Shown piece by piece: positions 27,894-38,309 of a stretch of DNA of 64,000 bases. The notes under the pieces were generated by a model. The model was not told the DNA's origin and made no database searches. It saw only the letters and a program-made list of their open reading frames with translations. Within the stretch, counting starts at the first letter, position 1. Every line of letters starts with the position of its first letter. The stretch is from the IMG/VR virus record IMGVR_UViG_2901966883_000003; one strand, given 5' to 3'. Source of the stretch: a virus. Its lineage: Duplodnaviria; Caudoviricetes. The translations under genes and the position numbers were made by a program.

Positions 27894-28217
27894 TTAGATG
27901 TGGTAGTCTACCAACTCAACATTGCAAAACATATCTGCGATGTATTCAAATAATATTCTGTACTGCTTATTTACTCTAATACTATATTTATTTTTCTTAC
28001 CACCCTTCATGCTGCCTTTTAGAAACTCTAAGCGATTAGAAGGTATTGCTTTTAAATCACCTACGCTATCTGCCTCATCTAATAATGCCAACTTCTTGTA
28101 TGCTGTTTTTTGTATTTGATGTGGTATCTTCTTAGAAAACTTTTTCTTGTAAATCATTTCTGTATTTTTATCTGCGAATGTTAATTCCATGTTAAATTCC
28201 TCCTTGATTATGCCCAT
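27894..28217 (-). CDS. higB: HigB-like (RelE/ParE superfamily) toxin, no adjacent HigA
   Basis: FADKNTE...KKLALLDEA...DL...PSNRLEFLKG...YSIRVNKQYRILF...VELVDYH. Confidence 0.88.
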   Translation of the reverse strand: MGIIKEEFNMELTFADKNTEMIYKKKFSKKIPHQIQKTAYKKLALLDEADSVGDLKAIPSNRLEFLKGSMKGGKKNKYSIRVNKQYRILFEYIADMFCNVELVDYHI

Positions 28218-28954
28218 CTCTTACCAATGCCTTTATTTCTATTTAAACTTCCAGCTTTACCAAATTTTCCATATTGAGCTGCGAACCCATTTGCTAATAC
28301 GTAAACATTCTTTTTACCCAATCTCCTCATTAACAACTTTGAGTCTGGTGCAAGTGAGTCATGATTTTTTTGGATGTAATCCCAGAAGCTAGTGCATTCA
28401 TATTTCTTGAATAAATTTTCCATACCGTTAATTAATTCTTTATCTGTAGCATATTTCCATGTACTTCTTACACCATGTGGTAGTTCACCGTACTTTTCCA
28501 CGTAAGCGTGAATAAAGTCGCCATAAGTAAAATCATGATTTAAGAATGTTCCAAAACCAATGCCAATATCATTCTTAAAATACTTACTCAATTCAGTTTG
28601 CATACCATAACCACCTTCGTGCATAGCTGTTACCGCTTCGTCCATAATTCTTTTTCTGAAGCTATCACTTTTCCATGCTTGCTTACCTACTTTTGCATAC
28701 TTCTTACCTAAATTACGTTTACCTGTTTCACTACTTTCTTTTCGTGAGATTGACTTAAAACCAATTTCTTCTATAAATTCAATCCATGTCATCTTAGATT
28801 TTGAAAAGATAAAACTTGGACTTGGTGCTTTACCACGAATGTACCCGTCATTGTAAGATTGTACCTTTGGGTTATCTTGAATGCCCAATCGTATAATTTC
28901 ATTTCTAACAACTTCTTTCATATGTTCTAAATCCTTGTATTCAAATTTTTCCAT
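28208..28954 (-). CDS. Putative DNA-binding protein with repeated APS/APD-W modules
   Basis: EIIRLGIQDNP...APSP...TW.E motif shared with 30125..30811. Confidence 0.6.
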   Translation of the reverse strand: MEKFEYKDLEHMKEVVRNEIIRLGIQDNPKVQSYNDGYIRGKAPSPSFIFSKSKMTWIEFIEEIGFKSISRKESSETGKRNLGKKYAKVGKQAWKSDSFRKRIMDEAVTAMHEGGYGMQTELSKYFKNDIGIGFGTFLNHDFTYGDFIHAYVEKYGELPHGVRSTWKYATDKELINGMENLFKKYECTSFWDYIQKNHDSLAPDSKLLMRRLGKKNVYVLANGFAAQYGKFGKAGSLNRNKGIGKRWA

Positions 28955-29132
28955 GATTAATTCCTACTTTCTTTTATTTATTTTTAAAGCTCATTGTTCT
29001 GAACTTTTAGATACCCCCTATTTCTAGGAAATATTTAAAAACCCAGAACGCTGGGAAAAAATAATTTTTTGTGTTAATCTTTAGTTGTTCGTGCTAAAGA
29101 TAATTTTTCAAAATTATTTTTATTTTGGTATC

Positions 29133-29954
29133 TTAATCTTGATTGTTTCTTTCAATCATAGGTAAGATGCCTTTTTCTTTTAAGATGTCGTACAATGCCA
29201 AACGACCTTTTTGTGTCCACTTAGTGTACATTGTTACCTTGTCACCATAGCTAGTTGGAATAATTTTTGTTTCTGATGAAGTCCAACCCTTATCTTGGTA
29301 TTTAGAATATAAGAACCATGTTCCGCTTTGCTTGTATTGAATTTTTAATTCCTTCAACTTTTGGTTCATACCTTTACCACTCATACCATAATCCTTAGCA
29401 ATTTGTGTAATTGATACAAGCGATGGATTTTGTAAAATAATGTCGTAGTAAGTTACTTTTGGTTTGGCTTCACTTAATTGTTGTTCAACCATTAATTTTT
29501 CTTCTTTGGTCTTTTGATGTGCCAATCTTTCTTCTTTTAATTGTGTAGCTAATTTGATGATTGTATCTGGATTAGTTAAAATTTCTTCCACAGTTTCTTC
29601 TGTCATATAAGCACCATGTTTACGAATTGATGGTAAAACTTCTTCTGTTACCCAATCTTGAAATTTTTCTGCTACTGGATTATTTGCCTTAATTGCGAGC
29701 TTGTAAAATTGTGGTTCTGTAATGAAATCACCTTTCCCCACATGTGGGGAATTTTCTCCTTTCCGCATATGTGCGGAAACATTATTCAAATAATTATTGA
29801 TTCTTTCCCATTTTACGTAGGTCTTGCCATTCTTGACTTGAGTAATACCCAAACCAATCGCAGCTTGTTCTGCATTGAAATAAACTTGTCCATCAATTTC
29901 CTTAACTGCTAAATCTTGACCTTCAAAATTAAAACTTTGTAATTCATTTGACAT
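29133..29954 (-). CDS. Phage antirepressor (BRO-N + KilA-C/ANT)
   Basis: AEKFQDWVTEEVLPSIRKHGAY, NPDTIIKLA, ITQIAKDYG, KWTQKGR. Confidence 0.92.
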   Translation of the reverse strand: MSNELQSFNFEGQDLAVKEIDGQVYFNAEQAAIGLGITQVKNGKTYVKWERINNYLNNVSAHMRKGENSPHVGKGDFITEPQFYKLAIKANNPVAEKFQDWVTEEVLPSIRKHGAYMTEETVEEILTNPDTIIKLATQLKEERLAHQKTKEEKLMVEQQLSEAKPKVTYYDIILQNPSLVSITQIAKDYGMSGKGMNQKLKELKIQYKQSGTWFLYSKYQDKGWTSSETKIIPTSYGDKVTMYTKWTQKGRLALYDILKEKGILPMIERNNQD

Positions 29955-30124
29955 GTATATGTCCTCCTGTATATTTAAAATTTATTTTTATTTATAATTA
30001 ATTAATTATTAATACTATATATAAACTTTTATGATTTACCACCGTACTTTAACGTACGCTTGTTAAACAATCAATTTAACCACCACCTTAAAGCGATGAC
30101 ACCCTTTTAAATTCAAACTATTTT

Positions 30125-30811
30125 TTAGTACATAATTTCTCTAATAATTTCTTTCCACTTCTTACCAGTACGAACCATTACTGTCGTTGGTGAAGGGCTA
30201 GTTTCTTTATTTCTTTTTTCTTCATATTCATGTCGTCTGTATGGATATTTCATACCTAAACGAATTATTTCTGCCTTTAATTCGTCCAAAATATCCTCGG
30301 TTGGTTTCTTAATTCTTTTTTGTTTTAAGCCCAATCTTTCAAGCACTTCATCCCAACTCAAGTTGTATCTACGTTTCATAGCAATCGGTACTGGTGCTTT
30401 TCCAATCTGTAAATTTTTTCTATAAACAGTTGCTCTAGGATTTTCTTCGATACCTTGACGGTAGATTTCTTCTTTAATCAGTGTTAAAACTTCGTCTAGT
30501 GTGTACTTATCAAACTCGAATCTTCTTTCACGCTTTAAATTCAATCTGTTTTTTATTTTTTCTTTATCCAAAGACATAACCATAACACTCTTATTCCACT
30601 TAACATTTAAGTAGCTATCTGCCATGCCTTCATCTGCACCCCATACTTTCAACTTCATGTTTAATTTCTTTTTAAACATATCTAATAATTCTTGCTGAAT
30701 AACAACTAACTTAACATCATCTACTGTATTTAAAGCTGCAAGCACCTTATTTTGCATTTGTAGCTCACGTTCAAATTGTTTGACTTCTACCAAAATTTTT
30801 TCTTTTTCCAT
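30125..30811 (-). CDS. Putative DNA-binding protein, paralog of 28208..28954
   Basis: Two EI.R.G...Y...(A/S)P.P...W.E repeats. Confidence 0.6.
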   Translation of the reverse strand: MEKEKILVEVKQFERELQMQNKVLAALNTVDDVKLVVIQQELLDMFKKKLNMKLKVWGADEGMADSYLNVKWNKSVMVMSLDKEKIKNRLNLKRERRFEFDKYTLDEVLTLIKEEIYRQGIEENPRATVYRKNLQIGKAPVPIAMKRRYNLSWDEVLERLGLKQKRIKKPTEDILDELKAEIIRLGMKYPYRRHEYEEKRNKETSPSPTTVMVRTGKKWKEIIREIMY

Positions 30812-31089
30812 TATTTTTCACCACCATTCAAAATTTCACGAATTTCATTAAAGTAATTACTCATCAGAAACTTAGTTACTAACGTTGGATAGTTGTATGT
30901 AAAGCCGAATCCTTCATAAAATTTTTCTTCATGCAATAACTCGCCCATTGCATTTTCATATCCAATAGTTAAGATTTTGTTTACCAGAATGTATGCAACA
31001 CTCTTTTCTTCTAGGTTCAATTCTTTGTCGTTAATTGCTTTTAATGATACGTTTAATAATTTTGTTGCTAATTCTTCTTTGTTTTCCAT
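30811..31089 (-). CDS. Hypothetical protein
   Basis: ORF in the early operon. Confidence 0.65.
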   Translation of the reverse strand: MENKEELATKLLNVSLKAINDKELNLEEKSVAYILVNKILTIGYENAMGELLHEEKFYEGFGFTYNYPTLVTKFLMSNYFNEIREILNGGEK

Positions 31090-31128
31090 ATTTAAGACAC
31101 CCTTTCAAATTCAAATTGTTTTTGCTGC

Positions 31129-31725
31129 CTAAAATTGATAATGAAATTCTTTATTTTTGCAAACTAAGTTACTGTACGTATGTGCTTTAATCATTCTTTT
31201 TCCATCAAAACGATAAGCACCTCGATTGCACCAATCGTAAATATTGTAAGGTTGGACACCATATTCTTTGCTGGCAACGTGTACATCATCATATGTTTTG
31301 TGGATAATCATTTCTCTATCAATCAAGAAAATTCTTTTGCCATTTTCTCTTTGTGCCAGATAATCATCATGGTTATCTAATGCTGAGTACATATTGCTTA
31401 AACGCAATCCTTCGCTTTCTAAAATACTTTTTGTATGTCTACCGTAATGAAAGTTAATATCATGTTCGAGTATTTTTTGCAGTCTAAACACTCTATTAAT
31501 TTTTCTTTCACGTTTTGATTTAGGTATAATTTTTCCATTCTTACTAATTGAATGGTTGCTTATAACCTCAATACACATCTTCACTTCATCTTTTAATTTG
31601 TTATCCTTTATGCCATTGAAAAATCTATTGTCTATCTTTCGCCAGTCTTTCGGAAATTCTTTACCAGTAGACAAGCAAAACTCAAACAGATAATTCAAGG
31701 CTTCGCCATATCGTATAGCTTGCAT
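31129..31725 (-). CDS. Hypothetical protein with a C-terminal NUMOD1-like HTH
   Basis: TYDDVHVASKEYGVQPYNIYDWC. Confidence 0.5.
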   Translation of the reverse strand: MQAIRYGEALNYLFEFCLSTGKEFPKDWRKIDNRFFNGIKDNKLKDEVKMCIEVISNHSISKNGKIIPKSKRERKINRVFRLQKILEHDINFHYGRHTKSILESEGLRLSNMYSALDNHDDYLAQRENGKRIFLIDREMIIHKTYDDVHVASKEYGVQPYNIYDWCNRGAYRFDGKRMIKAHTYSNLVCKNKEFHYQF

Positions 31726-31775
31726 ATAATCACTCCTAAAATTATTTTTTTAGTTTGAATTGTGTTTCAAACTGA

Positions 31776-31842
31776 TAAGGTAAAAAGGAATCGAACCTTA
31801 AAATGCAATAAATTATTTTATTGTATTATACCAATTACCCTA
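31776..31842 (-). ncRNA. Intergenic tRNA-like element
   Basis: TAGGGTAA/TTACCTTA stem with AAGG-TTCGATT-CCTT T arm and AT-rich central hairpin. Confidence 0.55.
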
Positions 31843-31889
31843 CATACCAACGTTTCTAAGGTTTATAAAATCGTTATTTTATCCGAACA

Positions 31890-33123
31890 CTATATTTCAT
31901 CAATATTTATTTCCACAAACCGACCATCAATCAATTCACTAAAAGTTACATCATCATATTTACAGTTAAAAATTTCTTTATAATCGAATACCAAACCCTG
32001 TAATGCACCTTCTAAATCGCATGCTAGTAATTCAAGGTTTTTGTCTTTAGTGCGATAATTATCGTAATAGAAGTGTCTATGGTCTAAACCTAAATCGTAA
32101 TCAATGTATCGTAACTCACCAACAGCTTTTCCTTTTACATACACTTTAAAAATTCTTTCTTTCATTTCAATTACCACCTTTTAATTCTTAATTTTTATTC
32201 ATAATCAACTGTAATGATTGTCTGATTGTCTATATAATCCATATCCCACGCTTTGCTTACTCTACCGTTTAGACTTCGTGGTATTGCATAAGCAACAATA
32301 TTACTTGCTAATGCAAAACTTATTTTTTCACTTACAACAATATCTACACGCTTTCTAAAAGTTGGTTTATATACTACCAACTCAACAACCATTGGATATT
32401 CACTGTTTAATTCTTTAAAATTTCTTACTTTCATAATTAACTCCTCCTCTAGTTTTCCATATATTCTTTAAAATTATTTTTGTACATATCTTCGTATAGT
32501 TGATTGTCATCAGTTAAAATTATTTTGTTTGCATTACTCAAAACAATAATGTATTTCATTGGTTTCATACCTAGAATTTTTTCTTTTACTCCATAGAAGA
32601 TGAAGTCTACAAAATAACTGGTATCAAAAGAATACTTATTTTCAAAATCATCTACCAACATTTCTAAAACCTTATTACTTACATTGTTTACTTGAATTGT
32701 GTTTTTCATTTTTGTTACCACCCTTTATAAACCTAATAATTCTGAAAATTCTTTCCATTCATTAAATTTTTCTAACTCTTCTTCATTGTCAAAGTAAAAG
32801 TTATTGTCTGCATAGTTGTACCAACCTTGCATACTTTCATGTACTAAATCATCAAATTCATTAAATTTTTCTGATTTCTCTATTTGACCTAATGCACTAT
32901 CAACCGCCATGCAGTCTAAAGCCTCCATTAAATCGTTAAAACCATATTCACTACCAAACATAAATTTTGTTTCTTCGATTAATTTTTGATATGAAAAATC
33001 ATCATCATTCAAAAATACTGTATCTTCGTAACCATCTAATTTTTCAAAAAAGATATTTAAATCATAAGTGCCACAGCCCAACATTGTTGCTACAAATAAA
33101 TTATTTTCCATTTTTGTTACCAC
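31890..33123 (-). CDS. Run of four small early hypothetical ORFs (31890-32177, 32195-32434, 32449-32721, 32725-33123)
   Basis: Tightly packed co-oriented ORFs, each with a clear RBS (AAG(G)GTGGTAA or GAGGAG). Confidence 0.7.
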
Positions 33124-33184
33124 CCTTTTTAACTTGAATTATTTTTATCTTCGATTTTCTTAATAAAGTTTCTTTATTTTTCTA

Positions 33185-34009
33185 CTATTTAAATGCTCGC
33201 ATTGGTGCTAATACACCGATGTAATTATCTAAACCGTTATATGTTACTTGAATTGGTCTGACGTTTTGACTATTCATAAATTCTTTTTCAACAAAAGCTA
33301 ATGTGATTGTTTTGTTACCAACTAAGAATTTATTTACGTGTTTTTCTAATTCATAGATATTGAGATTAATATCATAATCATCAGTAAACCCTTCAGTTAC
33401 ATCACAGTTAATATTTTCTTTTTTGTAGTAGACACTACCTTCTTCATCTTCGTATTCATAACTAAACACGAATTGACCTTTGATAAATTTAATATTTGAT
33501 TGAATTGTTTTGTTATTCCAATTCTTTCTATGGTATCCAGTTTCTTTAATGTGTTTGATAAATTCTTTTAATTCACGAATGTTAAAAGTAATATTTCTAT
33601 CTTCGTTTACCACTGGTAAAATTCTTTCAACACTTGGATAATTACTTTCTGTCATTGAGCTAATAAATTCTTTACCATTCACAATGTAATTGATTTTGTT
33701 ATCAGAAAATTCAAGGATAATTTCTTTATCAACTAATTCTTTATTTTTTAACTTTGCTACTGCTTGAATTGCTTTTCTAGGTACTGCAAACTCAACATCA
33801 TTGTTATTTTCACAATCAAGCGTTAATTTACCTAGTGAATGTGTATCAGTAGCAACTAAAGTTAATTTATTGTTTTCTACTACATGATTAAGTGTTGCTA
33901 ATATAGGTCTGAAACTTGATTTTGAAACATGTACTAAAATTTCTTTGTATCCTTTTACTAATTCTTTTGCATTTACTTTAATTTCTGTTTTTGTCATGAT
34001 AATTACCAC
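33185..34009 (-). CDS. Truncated beta sliding clamp (DnaN)-like protein
   Basis: VSKSSFRPILATL...LTLVATDTHSL...NYPSVERILP...VLAPMR match clamp domains 2-3; about 270 aa versus about 375 aa for DnaN. Confidence 0.75.
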   Translation of the reverse strand: MVIIMTKTEIKVNAKELVKGYKEILVHVSKSSFRPILATLNHVVENNKLTLVATDTHSLGKLTLDCENNNDVEFAVPRKAIQAVAKLKNKELVDKEIILEFSDNKINYIVNGKEFISSMTESNYPSVERILPVVNEDRNITFNIRELKEFIKHIKETGYHRKNWNNKTIQSNIKFIKGQFVFSYEYEDEEGSVYYKKENINCDVTEGFTDDYDINLNIYELEKHVNKFLVGNKTITLAFVEKEFMNSQNVRPIQVTYNGLDNYIGVLAPMRAFK

Positions 34010-34025
34010 CCTTTAAAATCATTTT

Positions 34026-34235
34026 TTATATTCTATTATTTAATGCTTTGATACCGACTAATAATAAAGTCAAAATTGTGTATGGTATGAATAACATTAG
34101 TTTTAAAAGAAATCTTCTTTTCTTAAATAACCAACAAACAGCATGATAGCTACCCATCAGAATTATTACCAACGCAACAAAACTCATCATGAAAAGCCCT
34201 CCGTAAAATTCCTGATTGTACATATTGATTACCAC
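34026..34235 (-). CDS. Small membrane protein
   Basis: Two hydrophobic helices; AAGGGTGGTAA RBS. Confidence 0.6.
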   Translation of the reverse strand: MVINMYNQEFYGGLFMMSFVALVIILMGSYHAVCWLFKKRRFLLKLMLFIPYTILTLLLVGIKALNNRI

Positions 34236-34284
34236 CCTTTTTACTTAATTTATTTTTGTTACTGAAATTCTTATAAATTTTTCT

Positions 34285-34917
34285 TTATTTTGTAACTTCT
34301 ATTGCATTGTATTTTTCAAACATGTATCTATCCAACATGTTTGAATTATCCAATGAAAATTCTTTTACGTTTCCTTCTTCATCTTCGATTGTGTACCATT
34401 CATCAAAAAATTCTTTTTCTAAATTATCTTTATCTACCAACAAATCATTTTCTAAATTTGTTAGTGGATGATATTCAATCAAATCATAAAATCCAGTATC
34501 ATAAATTCTATTTACTGTTACATAAGTGAAAAATCTATTTTTACTATCTAACCATTCCAAAAAATCATATGCGTCTTCGTTAATTGCCTCCATTACGCAA
34601 TCACTATAATAAAAGCTAGTTGCTAACTCTTTATCGAAAGGTTCGCCCATGTCTTTCCACCCACTATCTACCCACTTTTGCATTAATTCTTCTTGAGTTG
34701 GTAGTCTGAAATAATTTCTTTCTTCTTCTAAGTCATCAACTATTTCAAGAAAAGCATCCGTAATATCTTCTAAAGAATCTGTATAATCAGCTAACTCAAT
34801 ATTACTTACTACATGAATACCTTCGCATTCTAACTTGTCTATAAAATTATCAACATGATACAATTCTTCACTTACCAACAATTCTTTTTTATTTACTGTA
34901 TCTATAAACTTTTTCAT
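34285..34917 (-). CDS. Acidic early hypothetical protein (related to 36463..37155)
   Basis: Shares L..EG.H.VS, QEE....W and EEG....L...YM.EKYNA motifs with 36463..37155. Confidence 0.7.
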   Translation of the reverse strand: MKKFIDTVNKKELLVSEELYHVDNFIDKLECEGIHVVSNIELADYTDSLEDITDAFLEIVDDLEEERNYFRLPTQEELMQKWVDSGWKDMGEPFDKELATSFYYSDCVMEAINEDAYDFLEWLDSKNRFFTYVTVNRIYDTGFYDLIEYHPLTNLENDLLVDKDNLEKEFFDEWYTIEDEEGNVKEFSLDNSNMLDRYMFEKYNAIEVTK

Positions 34918-34967
34918 AATAGATACCTCCTATATAAAATTATTTTTCTATCCTGATTAGGATATAT

Positions 34968-35024
34968 AAGGTAGTAAGGACTCGAACCTTACAAGTTGTA
35001 AACTTTCTACCGACTAGATACCTT
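34968..35024 (-). ncRNA. Intergenic tRNA-like element
   Basis: AAGGTA/TACCTT stem with GTAAGG-TTCGAGT-CCTTAC arm, directly after the motif AGTCAAGAGTCTAGAGAAGAAA. Confidence 0.6.
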
Positions 35025-35055
35025 TTTTTATTTCTTCTCTAGACTCTTGACTGTT

Positions 35056-35700
35056 TTAAAATACGTGTTTTTGAAATTGTTTTACCGCCTCATCCTTCTT
35101 ACCTTGAGTCCACAACTCAGTTATTAAGTAATCCCTTTTCACAATGCTAAAGAAATTAACGTCATAATAATCAGCATCACTCATATCAATATTTTTTTCT
35201 TTCATATACTCATAAATTTCATTTGACCATCTAACTCTTGAAATATCCACAGCATAACTAGCTACCATACCAGGATAAACTTCATCATTCATAAGTTGAC
35301 CTAGTTTTTGTAATTCATGTGTCAAAGCCAATTCAAAACTTGACACTTCTTTACCTTTTTGTTTTTGTTCATACATCCACACCGTTTCTTTAAAATCTTT
35401 TTCATCAAGCTTCATGTTTTCTAAAATTCTTGTGTCATTCAAGTCTAGATTTTCAAACTCTTCTTCGGCATCGAAATCTTCTAGTGTTTCAATAAGTTGC
35501 TTTTCTAAACTTGCAAAAATTTCTTTTTCTGACTTACCTTCTAATTCATCTATATCGTTGTAAGTGTAGTAAATTCTACTGTCGTATTGACCTACAATAG
35601 TAGCCTCTAGGTCATTGGTATATATATTTATATCTTCGATATATAAACCCCACGCATTAACCACGTCATCCATAATTCCAAAAATTTCTTCGTTTGTCAT
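35056..35700 (-). CDS. Acidic early hypothetical protein
   Basis: ORF after the promoter TTGACA-17-TATAAT at 35773-35801. Confidence 0.72.
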   Translation of the reverse strand: MTNEEIFGIMDDVVNAWGLYIEDINIYTNDLEATIVGQYDSRIYYTYNDIDELEGKSEKEIFASLEKQLIETLEDFDAEEEFENLDLNDTRILENMKLDEKDFKETVWMYEQKQKGKEVSSFELALTHELQKLGQLMNDEVYPGMVASYAVDISRVRWSNEIYEYMKEKNIDMSDADYYDVNFFSIVKRDYLITELWTQGKKDEAVKQFQKHVF

Positions 35701-35816
35701 AATAAATTACCTCTATTCTTAAATTATTTTTTGTTATCAAGTTATTCTCTATACCCTTAACTTGATAACTGAATTATAACTTCTTAATTCTTACTTGTCA
35801 ACACTAAAATTTATTT

Positions 35817-38295
35817 TTATTTTATTATTGTAGTAGTACCTTTAAAATCACTTGGTACACTTTCAATTTCAATACCCTTAGCACCCACACCTTGCTCACT
35901 AACCACTCTTAAATTCTTGTCGTTAGGATAGACAACCATATGAAAATCTTTTTTATTGTCATCATAGTATTCTAACGTGAACTTTTTAGTTTTGAGTATG
36001 TTACCACTTTGCAAGTCTAAATTCTTGACGTTATAAGTCAATTCTTGACGTTGCTTTTTGATAACTTTTTCTTGACGTAAATTTTCTTTTTTGAGTTGCT
36101 TATTTTGTTTAATGTATTCATGATTAGATACACCTAAGCACACCACACCTATTATTGTTATTACATTAGTTATTTTTAAAATATTTATTTTATTCATTTT
36201 AATTACCTCACTAAAATTATTTTTTTGTTATGCAAATATTTCTTCTTTGAATTTCTCAAAATATGTTTCTAGTATCGTATCTACATCTTCGGATTCTTGA
36301 TAATCCATAAAGGTTAGAATATCTTCTACACCTTTACTGTAGATATATAAATTCTTTTTCACACCATTAACAATAAATTCAACTTCTATATCATCTAAGT
36401 TGTAAGCAAATCCTACATATTCAATATTATTTTTCATGATTAATACACTCCTAAAAATTCTTTTATTGTTTATAAGTCACTTCATAATCAGCAAGCCAAG
36501 CGTTATATTTTTCTTTCATATATTCATTTAAATATACATCCGCACCTTCGTTACTGATATAGTACCCTGGCAAGTCTTCTAAATTGTCTAATATATCGCC
36601 TTCTTCGTTGCTAGTGTAAATATTTATCCAACTATCAAAACATACACTTTCTAAATATTCTTTTTTGAGTTTTAACGTGGTATCGGTATTCCATACGTAT
36701 GCTATGTCGCCTTGACTATAGCCTCTTAATTCATAGAATAGAAATTCTTTTTTGTATTGCATTAGATACTCACAAACTGTTTCTATATCATGCCAATCTA
36801 GATCTAATCTTTCTGGTATAACTTCTTCTTGTAACCATTCATTAAATTCTTCTTGGTCAAAATAACCGTACCATTCTATAAATTCTTCTTGGTGGCTTTC
36901 AAGGTCAAAGCTAAATTCTTTCATTACTCTAGCTTTTTCTTCTACTAATTCCAGTAATTCTATTTGCTTATCAATAGGTAAAGTTTTTATTTCTTCTAAC
37001 AAACTTTCTTCATCTTCTTTTGTCATGCAATCACTCACAAAATGAAAGCCCTCAACTTTTAAGTTTTCTATTTCAAAATATCCGTAATCTTCATCGTTTA
37101 GCACTACATAAAAATTGTTTTTGTCATCTACATATACATTGTTATTGTTTATCATAATTAATTTACCTCTATTCTTATTAATTCTTTTCTTGATTGCATT
37201 TACTACCTAAAATTTCTTTTTCTATATAATGTTTGTGTAAATTGTAAAAGCATTATCATTAAATTTTTCTATCAAGTGTTTAGCTACTACAAAATTAAAT
37301 TCACTTTCAGTTATTACACCTCTTTTTAAGTGTCTGTTTAGTCTGTCTATATAATCAAATGCTTTTGATAGTGTCCACACGTTCAAATCGTCAAGGTTTT
37401 TCAATTCTTCGTGGCAGTCTATGAAATTCCAAGCCCTTCTAAAATTAGTTTGTTTGTCTATAGTACTTATATACATTATTAGTACCTCCTAAAATTTATT
37501 TTTTTCACTGTAATTTTACAGTGATATAGGATAGCAAGGAGTCGCACCTTGAAAGCGTCCACTTCGTACTAACTACCTACCCTCAGTTTCTTCTCTAGAC
37601 TCTTAACTAATCAAACAATTCTGTTTCTCTCATGCGGTCTATATACTCTAGATTTTCTTGTAACTCATTGCTACTCATTGCAAGTGCCAAGTCCTCAAGT
37701 ACTGTTTCAGCACCTAACATTTCTACCATTTCATCCATCTTTACCATTAGTTCGTTTTTATCTAGTCTCATTGTATTTTCCTCCTTAATTTTTCTATGCC
37801 ATTCTCACATTGATACCGTACTTTTTACCATCTAGGTATTGACGGTAGGTCAAAAACATTAGATTGCAATCTTCTAACCAACTGATAGCACTTTGCAAGT
37901 CGTTAAATTCTTCGGTGTAGTCTGTATAAAGTGAAGCTTCACTCAATACTTCATCAACACTATTGAACACTCTAAAAGAGTCATCCATCTTATCGTAAGC
38001 ATAAAATTTTCTAGTCTTTTTCATTGTTTGTTACCTCCTTTTATATTTCTTCTTGAAATTCTAGCAACTGATATTCAATATCAGACAATTCACTATGTTT
38101 AGGTGCTAGCTCAATCATTAGTCTAGCAATTCTACGCTTTCTTCTTCTTGGTTGAACCTTTACACCAACTCTAGCAAGGGTACGTGTTGTGTATATACTC
38201 TTACTATCCATTAGATTAGTGATGGTATTTTTACTATCACTATCAACTTTACGACTTATCATAATTGTGTCTAAATTTTGTACTATCTTTTTCAT
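35817..38295 (-). CDS. Run of early hypothetical ORFs (35817-36197, 36228-36437, 36463-37155, 37222-37476, 37794-38024, 38041-38295)
   Basis: Co-oriented ORFs, each with a GAGG/GGAG RBS; first genes of the leftward operon. Confidence 0.72.
37527..37579 (-). ncRNA. Intergenic tRNA-like element
   Basis: TAGGTAG/CTATCCTA stem with CAAGG-TGCGACT-CCTTG arm, directly after the motif AGTTAAGAGTCTAGAGAAGAAA. Confidence 0.5.
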
Positions 38296-38309
38296 GATAA
38301 GTACCTCCT

